Shown here: positions 33,576 to 39,295 of the stretch, piece by piece | How the letters are laid out: each line of letters begins with the position of its first letter | Position numbering within the stretch: the first letter of the stretch is position 1 | IMG/VR virus record: IMGVR_UViG_3300020044_009226 | Span: 1-39,295 of that record | Length of the DNA: 39,295 nt | Reading direction: 5' to 3' (one strand) | Source of the DNA: a virus | Taxonomy: Duplodnaviria; Caudoviricetes | Translations under genes and position numbers: made by a program | The notes under the pieces: generated by a model | Told to the model about the DNA's origin: nothing | Seen by the model: only the letters and a program-made list of their open reading frames with translations | The model's database searches: none

Positions 33576-33914
33576 TTATATCCCTTTTTTTAATATAATC
33601 AAACCGTTAGCGGTTCCTGTTATTTCAAACCCGTATAATTCCATAAGTTTCATACTTCTTTTAAACATTTTTGATTTAGGGTCAGCTGATCCTATAATCG
33701 TAGTTTTTCCTTGGTCTTGAGCAATTTTTAAAGCTTTATTACATAGCCTTAACGCCACTTTAGATTCTCTAGCTTCGGGAGTTACGTAAATATCTTCCCA
33801 ATAAACTTCAGTAGGAGAAACATCAACTGTTACTAATAAAGCTACGTCTGAAAACGTTATTACATTTTTATTATAGTAGTCTTTTAAGTATCTAACGTAC
33901 AAATCCATAGTCAC
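33576..33914 (-). CDS. GNAT-fold tail assembly protein
   Basis: DIYVTPEARESKVA..L motif A and ELYGF; located between the nozzle and ejection genes. Confidence 0.7.
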   Translation of the reverse strand: MTMDLYVRYLKDYYNKNVITFSDVALLVTVDVSPTEVYWEDIYVTPEARESKVALRLCNKALKIAQDQGKTTIIGSADPKSKMFKRSMKLMELYGFEITGTANGLIILKKGI

Positions 33915-33938
33915 CTCACCTCAATAAGCACAGAGGCT

Positions 33939-36900
33939 TTATTTAAATCTTCTAGCTGTAGGAGATAGATTTTTATTGTATCCGTATTTAGCGCCAACTA
34001 CTAAAATAATATCTGCAAAAATAAACCCTGAAGTTCTAAAACCTTGCGGGAAATCATCCATAATTTCAATTTGAATACTTGAACATTTTTGTTGACGTGG
34101 ACGAGCTACAAACTGAGCTGTACCATCGTTGTTGCCGCCAAATGGCCCTTCAGACCCGTAAGTACCTGTTCCTGAGCCATAAGTTGTAATATCTAAAGCT
34201 GGTTGAATAGATAATTGCTCTCCAGAAAATTGACGAAAATCATAGTATACATTCATTTTTAATCTATCAACGTTAACTTCATTATCCCCTAATAAAAGGA
34301 TAGAATATACACGTTGAAAGCCTTCAAGACCTGCTACAGATATCCAAGCTGTCTTAATAGTTGAAATAATAGCCTCGTTATCCCAGTCATGGTAGTGGGT
34401 AGTGCTAGCTCTAGCAACCCCTTTAGACCCAGCTACATACCAAACAGATTGACTAGCCAAAGATGCGTTACCTGGTAGGTTACTAAACGTAGTCCAAGAT
34501 TTAAAAAACGTATGATATACTAATCCATCACCACTTGCCATAGTAAAGTGTACACGGTTAAAGTCAGGCAAGTTTGCAGCAGATGTAATAATTTGAGTTT
34601 CATAATCTTTAACAGGTGCACCAATATAAGACACAGTAAGTTGTCTATCAACTAGATAAATACCTTTTGGAGATTGAAACATGATACCATCAGATGTCAA
34701 TACAATAGATTGAGGATTAGAGGTACCTGTGTCAGATGAAACTAATTGAGGAATTGTAAATGAGCCGTTTCCTAACTTATCAGGACCTTGTCCAGCTATG
34801 TAATAAATAAGTGATTTTTTAAATATTAATATTTTATCATCCATACCAGCTAATGCAGTAATGTTTCCGCCTAAGCTATCAATTTGAACAGATAATTCAT
34901 TTGAAAATTCTACACTTAATCCAGATTCTTTTTCTTTAGAAAAGTATATTGTATTTGGGTCAGTATCACATCCGCCAATTACTATTCTATTTTTCATTAA
35001 AGTTAATAAGTTAGCTGATGGAGTAGCTACGTTATCAAAAACTCCACCTGTTGTGTAAATTACAGCATTAGAAGAAATTTGAGTATCTGTTTTGTTATCA
35101 ACAAATGAAATTGTTTCTAAAGTTGGATCATTATAAACAAATTCACTTGGGTCTTGGTTTACTCTATAATAAGTAGTACCATTTACTAATGTTCTATATA
35201 CAGCCAATACAGGCGCAGTTCTTGTATTGCCATTTAATGTAGATTTTGAAGTAACTGGTAAACTTTTAACTACGGCAGTTACTTTATGGTTATTTGAAAT
35301 ATTAAAACTAGTTGGCAATGAAGTTTGACTTCTTACAATTTGTCCATTATTGTCTGTCCATTCCCAAACAAATTTATATAATCTTTGTCCTGCGTTTATG
35401 GTACCGCCTCCTGCTTGAGAAATACTATCTAATTCAGGATATAAATGAAATCCTTGTTCAACTATAGTATTTGACCCATCATAATTTTTAACAAAGCCGC
35501 CTGCTATGTTTAAAACCCTTGAAACAGTTTTTGAGTCAATAGTATAAGGAGTAAACCATACTTTTTCTGTAAATACTGAAGTAGTTGATGTATATGTACC
35601 TGAAGAAGCTAATATTTTTGTTTTTCTAAGTAACCCAATTGAAAAAGCATTAGCTGTTTTTGTTGAATCTATACTAAACTTACTAATACTATTAGCTTTT
35701 GTAGGCATACCACCAGCTAATTGGGTAAAAAACCTAGCAATTACAACACCATCAAAGTTAACTAAAAAATAAGTACCCTGTAATGAACTATCATAAGAAA
35801 TTACGTAATTTACTGTATTATTATATATAAATGATTTAGAAACTAATCCACAATGATAATATGCTCTTGAAATAGCTGAACTGATAGTAATTCCTGATGT
35901 ATCAAATACATTTGATAATTTTATATGGAAAGTTTGATGTTTTGTAGCATAAGTAGAAAGAATAACATATGCATTGTTTGATGAATCTATTGAAACTGTT
36001 AATGAATAACATGGATCTGTAGTAGCTGTTGAAATTGCTGTTTCAGTTAATGCAAAAACTGCGCCTAAATAAGTATAAGCCCTTGCTCTAACTATTTTGT
36101 AAACATCATTTTGCCAAGTTATTAATAATTTAGTACTTGTAGTATCAATTGCTAAAGAAATTACAGTTGAGTTTGCTACATTTGAACTTTGCACTTCAGT
36201 AGGAGGAATTAATCCATTTAAACCAGTACCTAATGCATTATTTCTTATGTCCCATGAGTATAATTTAATTTTTGCCGTATTTGTTACAGCTGCAATAAAA
36301 ATTCCTGGATAAATTGTAGTATTTACAGTTGCATCTAATACATCATATGTGATATTTGTGTTAATTATAGTGTCAACTGTTACTGCAGCATTAAAAACAC
36401 CTGTATTTATGTTATATTGCACAGCTTTAAGTGTAGAAGATTCAACATAAAAGAAAACTATAGCTAAATTAGTACTAATTACTTTAGGTTTAACACCAGT
36501 AGCGCTTAAACTATAGTCAGAAACTATAACAGTTGTAGATAAAGCATCAGTAATTGAACATCTTACTCCACCTCTTGAATCTTCCCATACAAAAGCTTGC
36601 ACTCCGTTAGAGTTTAATGAACTATCAACGTTAGTTTGAGTGTAAGTATTAGCAATTATTGATTCTGAAGTAACAATAGGGCTTGATGTTTTTCCTTTAT
36701 TAAGGAATTTATCTAAAGTTGGCGAGTAAGTATGTAAATTTGTGTCAGTTAATACTCCAAGTTCATTTCCTAATGAGTACATAGAGTAAATATTTGATGG
36801 AGTAGTAGAAACCCCAATAGAGTCCATACCAGCACGTTTTTTTAATTCATGATTAGTATCAATAATAACATTATCTAATTTAGTATATGTACCTACAGGT

Positions 36901-36971
36901 GCTGTTTTTTCGTCTATTATTTGATTAAGACCATTAAACCCTACAGGTAGTAATGCTTTTTGTAATGCCAT
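33939..36971 (-). CDS. Tail nozzle / tubular protein B / packaged-DNA stabilisation protein
   Basis: 1010 aa beta-rich; GLN..ID....P......NV......LKKR.G N-terminus and propeller-like repeats (NRIVI, TIYFS, ILIFKK, GIMFQSPKGIY). Confidence 0.8.
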   Translation of the reverse strand: MALQKALLPVGFNGLNQIIDEKTAPVGTYTKLDNVIIDTNHELKKRAGMDSIGVSTTPSNIYSMYSLGNELGVLTDTNLHTYSPTLDKFLNKGKTSSPIVTSESIIANTYTQTNVDSSLNSNGVQAFVWEDSRGGVRCSITDALSTTVIVSDYSLSATGVKPKVISTNLAIVFFYVESSTLKAVQYNINTGVFNAAVTVDTIINTNITYDVLDATVNTTIYPGIFIAAVTNTAKIKLYSWDIRNNALGTGLNGLIPPTEVQSSNVANSTVISLAIDTTSTKLLITWQNDVYKIVRARAYTYLGAVFALTETAISTATTDPCYSLTVSIDSSNNAYVILSTYATKHQTFHIKLSNVFDTSGITISSAISRAYYHCGLVSKSFIYNNTVNYVISYDSSLQGTYFLVNFDGVVIARFFTQLAGGMPTKANSISKFSIDSTKTANAFSIGLLRKTKILASSGTYTSTTSVFTEKVWFTPYTIDSKTVSRVLNIAGGFVKNYDGSNTIVEQGFHLYPELDSISQAGGGTINAGQRLYKFVWEWTDNNGQIVRSQTSLPTSFNISNNHKVTAVVKSLPVTSKSTLNGNTRTAPVLAVYRTLVNGTTYYRVNQDPSEFVYNDPTLETISFVDNKTDTQISSNAVIYTTGGVFDNVATPSANLLTLMKNRIVIGGCDTDPNTIYFSKEKESGLSVEFSNELSVQIDSLGGNITALAGMDDKILIFKKSLIYYIAGQGPDKLGNGSFTIPQLVSSDTGTSNPQSIVLTSDGIMFQSPKGIYLVDRQLTVSYIGAPVKDYETQIITSAANLPDFNRVHFTMASGDGLVYHTFFKSWTTFSNLPGNASLASQSVWYVAGSKGVARASTTHYHDWDNEAIISTIKTAWISVAGLEGFQRVYSILLLGDNEVNVDRLKMNVYYDFRQFSGEQLSIQPALDITTYGSGTGTYGSEGPFGGNNDGTAQFVARPRQQKCSSIQIEIMDDFPQGFRTSGFIFADIILVVGAKYGYNKNLSPTARRFK

Positions 36972-36986
36972 TAGCTTACACCTTTT

Positions 36987-37541
36987 TTATAGTGAACCTT
37001 CAATAAGAATATTAACTGAACCAGCGTCAAACGTATCTGTACCATTAACGGTTGTCAATCTAACTCTATCAATAGTACCTGACAAAACAATTTGTCCTGC
37101 TAAAGCACTAACTGCTGCCGAAGCAATTGTTGTAGTTCCAATTATTAACCACGTATTGGACGTAATATTAATCAACTGAATTCCTCCGTATATTAACAAC
37201 GCGGCAGATGTATAAACACCTGTAGTTGATAAAGGAAATCCAGATGTTAAGTTGGCTTGTTGGTTACCACCTGCTCCGCCATAACTTGCTGATCCAACAT
37301 ATCCTGTTGTCGTAACGGAGCCAGAACCTACTTGAATTTGAGGTAAAGAAGTTCCATTAGTGCTTACGCCGTTTAACATAACTGTTATTTTTTTAGCCCA
37401 AGTTGGTATGCCAGTAAAGTCTATTGAAGTACCACTTGTAGTAGCTTTTGCTGTTTCATGTTTTATTAATTGTGCTTTTTCAACTCCGACAATAAGTCCG
37501 TCAGTTGTTATACCTGTTGTTCCGTCTATAATTGTACTCAT
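36987..37541 (-). CDS. Tail-tip/receptor-binding paralog 3
   Basis: Shares ATTSGT.IDFT.IP.W.K.ITV and DR.R.TTV.GTDTFDAGS.NI..EG with the two upstream ORFs. Confidence 0.7.
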   Translation of the reverse strand: MSTIIDGTTGITTDGLIVGVEKAQLIKHETAKATTSGTSIDFTGIPTWAKKITVMLNGVSTNGTSLPQIQVGSGSVTTTGYVGSASYGGAGGNQQANLTSGFPLSTTGVYTSAALLIYGGIQLINITSNTWLIIGTTTIASAAVSALAGQIVLSGTIDRVRLTTVNGTDTFDAGSVNILIEGSL

Positions 37542-37651
37542 TACTCTTGTACCTCTTCAACCGGAGTTTCAACCGGAGTTTCCACTACTGGGTCATCTAT
37601 ATAAATTTCAGTAACTTCACCAGTTACAACGTTTACTTGTATAATTTTCAT
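37541..37651 (-). CDS. 36-aa acidic tail-fibre-associated peptide (not in the ORF track)
   Basis: MKIIQVNVVTGEVTEIYIDDPVVETPVETPVEEVQE, AAGGA RBS, with an internal 12-bp tandem duplication. Confidence 0.6.
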   Translation of the reverse strand: MKIIQVNVVTGEVTEIYIDDPVVETPVETPVEEVQE

Positions 37652-37655
37652 TTTA

Positions 37656-38249
37656 TTATCCTTCGTACATTATATTAATTGAACCAGCGTCAAATGTATC
37701 TGTACCACCTACTGTAGTTATTCTTAAACGGTCTAATGTGCCGGATATAGTTTTTGATCCGCCGCCGGCAATAGTTATGCTAGTACTACTCTTACCAACG
37801 GTAGTACTAACCCATAGATTAGATCCAATTAAATAAAATGTTACAGCTGCTGAAATTAATGCTGCTGCTGATTCGTAATGTAATATTATTCCAGCTGTTG
37901 AATTATACACACTTCCTACGGTTGCTTGAACTGTAGCTCCTGAAGATGATACATACCCTGAAGTTTCAACTGACCCAGAGCCGATTTGTAATAATATTCT
38001 ATTTGTACCATTAGTAGATACTTCATTAAATATAACAGTTATTTTCTTAGCCCAACTAGGTATACCAGTAAAGTCAATTGCAGTACCGCTTGTAGTGGCT
38101 TGAGCAGTTGCTGCTGTAATTGTTCCATATACACCTGTTGATGCTACAGTAAGCTTAGTAGTACCATTAGATTGAATTTCTACAGTGCCGCTATTGTCGG
38201 AAGTAATCCCTAAACCTGTTGATGTTGAAGCGTTAACTATAACACTCAT
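37656..38249 (-). CDS. Tail-tip/receptor-binding paralog 2
   Basis: Same conserved blocks as its neighbours. Confidence 0.7.
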   Translation of the reverse strand: MSVIVNASTSTGLGITSDNSGTVEIQSNGTTKLTVASTGVYGTITAATAQATTSGTAIDFTGIPSWAKKITVIFNEVSTNGTNRILLQIGSGSVETSGYVSSSGATVQATVGSVYNSTAGIILHYESAAALISAAVTFYLIGSNLWVSTTVGKSSTSITIAGGGSKTISGTLDRLRITTVGGTDTFDAGSINIMYEG

Positions 38250-38250
38250 T

Positions 38251-38829
38251 TTAGTATCCTTCCATTAATATATTTACAGAGCCGGCATCAAATGTATCTG
38301 TACCATTTACAGTAGTAATTCTAATACGGTCTAGAACCCCGCCTAAAGATAAGGAGCCGGCACCGACCGAAACATTAGCTATGCTAGTTTTAAAAACATG
38401 AGACCCAATCCAAATATTAGATCCCATTAACATTAAACTTACATTGCCCGAAGATAAAGCGGTAGAAACTGGACATCTTAATACAAAACCAGATGTTGAA
38501 CTTATTCCAGAGGTGGCACTACCTTGGTTTAATTCATTACTTGTAGATACGTATCCACTTGTAACAATAGAACCAGCCCCAATTTGAATTAAATAGTTAG
38601 AAGTTCCATTAGTTGAAACTTCATTAAGCATGACAGTTATACGTTTAACCCAAGATGGTATACTTGTAAAATCAATTGCTGTACCAGATGTAGTTGCTAC
38701 AGCTGTGCTTAAATTCATTAAAGGAAATGTACCGCTACCAACAGGAAGAGTAATTACAGATGTTCCAGATATTGCATTAGCATCTATTGTAACGTTTCCG
38801 CTTGTTGCGCCGTTTAATACTATTGGCAT
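38251..38829 (-). CDS. Tail-tip/receptor-binding paralog 1
   Basis: Same conserved blocks as its neighbours. Confidence 0.7.
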   Translation of the reverse strand: MPIVLNGATSGNVTIDANAISGTSVITLPVGSGTFPLMNLSTAVATTSGTAIDFTSIPSWVKRITVMLNEVSTNGTSNYLIQIGAGSIVTSGYVSTSNELNQGSATSGISSTSGFVLRCPVSTALSSGNVSLMLMGSNIWIGSHVFKTSIANVSVGAGSLSLGGVLDRIRITTVNGTDTFDAGSVNILMEGY

Positions 38830-38840
38830 GTTTTAATCCT

Positions 38841-39295
38841 TTATAAAATAACCCAACGAGAGCCACTTGGTATAGTTACCGTAACTCCGGAGTTAACTGT
38901 TACAGGTCCAGTACTCATAGCATTAGATCCTGATGTAATTGTATAATTTGTTGTAACTGTTTTGCCATTTTCATAAAATATAGCATCCGCCCCGCCTCCA
39001 GTTGCTCCGCCCACAGCAGATAAACCAAAAGTTGCTCCCCTATCTACATAAAGTCTATTAGCGTCTGTAGAATATAATAAAGTACCTTCTTTACGAGTTA
39101 ACCCAATCAAGTTGGCTAGCGTATTTTTTGGAGTTGTTAATCTTGAAGCGTTAGATGCAGTACCGCCATCAAAATCGTTACCAGTTAATGTTTTATTAGA
39201 AACACCTTGAGAGTTTGTATCACCTACAAGTGTAACGTTTGCATTTGGCATTGTATAAGTACGTGTAGTACCTGTAGATATTGCCGCTGCACTAA
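38841..39295 (-). CDS. Tail fibre/spike protein, C-terminal part (starts at 545 across the junction)
   Basis: In frame with 545..1; ends GATGGGADAIFYEN..TVTTNYTI..G.NAMS.GPVTV.SG.TVTIPSGSRWVIL. Confidence 0.75.
   Translation of the reverse strand, partial: SAAAISTGTTRTYTMPNANVTLVGDTNSQGVSNKTLTGNDFDGGTASNASRLTTPKNTLANLIGLTRKEGTLLYSTDANRLYVDRGATFGLSAVGGATGGGADAIFYENGKTVTTNYTITSGSNAMSTGPVTVNSGVTVTIPSGSRWVIL
39175..39295. repeat. Terminal direct repeat / circular overlap, copy 2
   Basis: Matches 1-121 with 2 mismatches. Confidence 0.95.

Noticed and set aside
36987-38829. Diversity-generating retroelement or shufflon behind the tail paralogs
   Set aside because: No reverse transcriptase or invertase, no adenine-specific TR/VR pair, and all copies are in the same orientation.
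1-39295. Stop-codon reassignment
   Set aside because: Genes are full length and densely packed in the standard code, and the only tRNA is a sense Ala tRNA.

Overview
The window is an essentially complete, AT-rich, circularly permuted podovirus-like phage genome with a unit length of about 39,174 bp. Bases 1-121 are repeated at 39175-39295, and a tail-fibre gene runs across that junction. Most genes lie on the - strand. These include the head/packaging module (TerL, portal, scaffold, ClpP-like protease, major capsid), a short-tail module with ejection proteins and three paralogous tail-tip proteins, a family-A DNA polymerase with nucleotide-metabolism genes, an M15 endolysin and tRNA-Ala(UGC). 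A + strand block (22905-29481) encodes an SF3 helicase, a signal-peptide lysozyme, a DNA methyltransferase, an SbmA/BacA-like membrane protein and a SET-domain protein. The most striking element is non-coding, at about 27470-28080. A sigma70-type promoter drives a GC-rich RNA that opens with six regularly spaced AGGA motifs, mostly in hairpin loops (CsrB/RsmZ-like). This is followed by two tandem type II hammerhead ribozymes bracketing a 47-codon ORF. Also notable are a 103-bp element duplicated roughly opposite itself on the circle with perfect FNR/CRP-type TTGAT-N4-ATCAA boxes, and a pseudoknotted, U-tract-ended leader before the capsid gene. No integrase, CRISPR array or IS element was recognised. 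All calls come from reading motifs by eye; no database searches were run.
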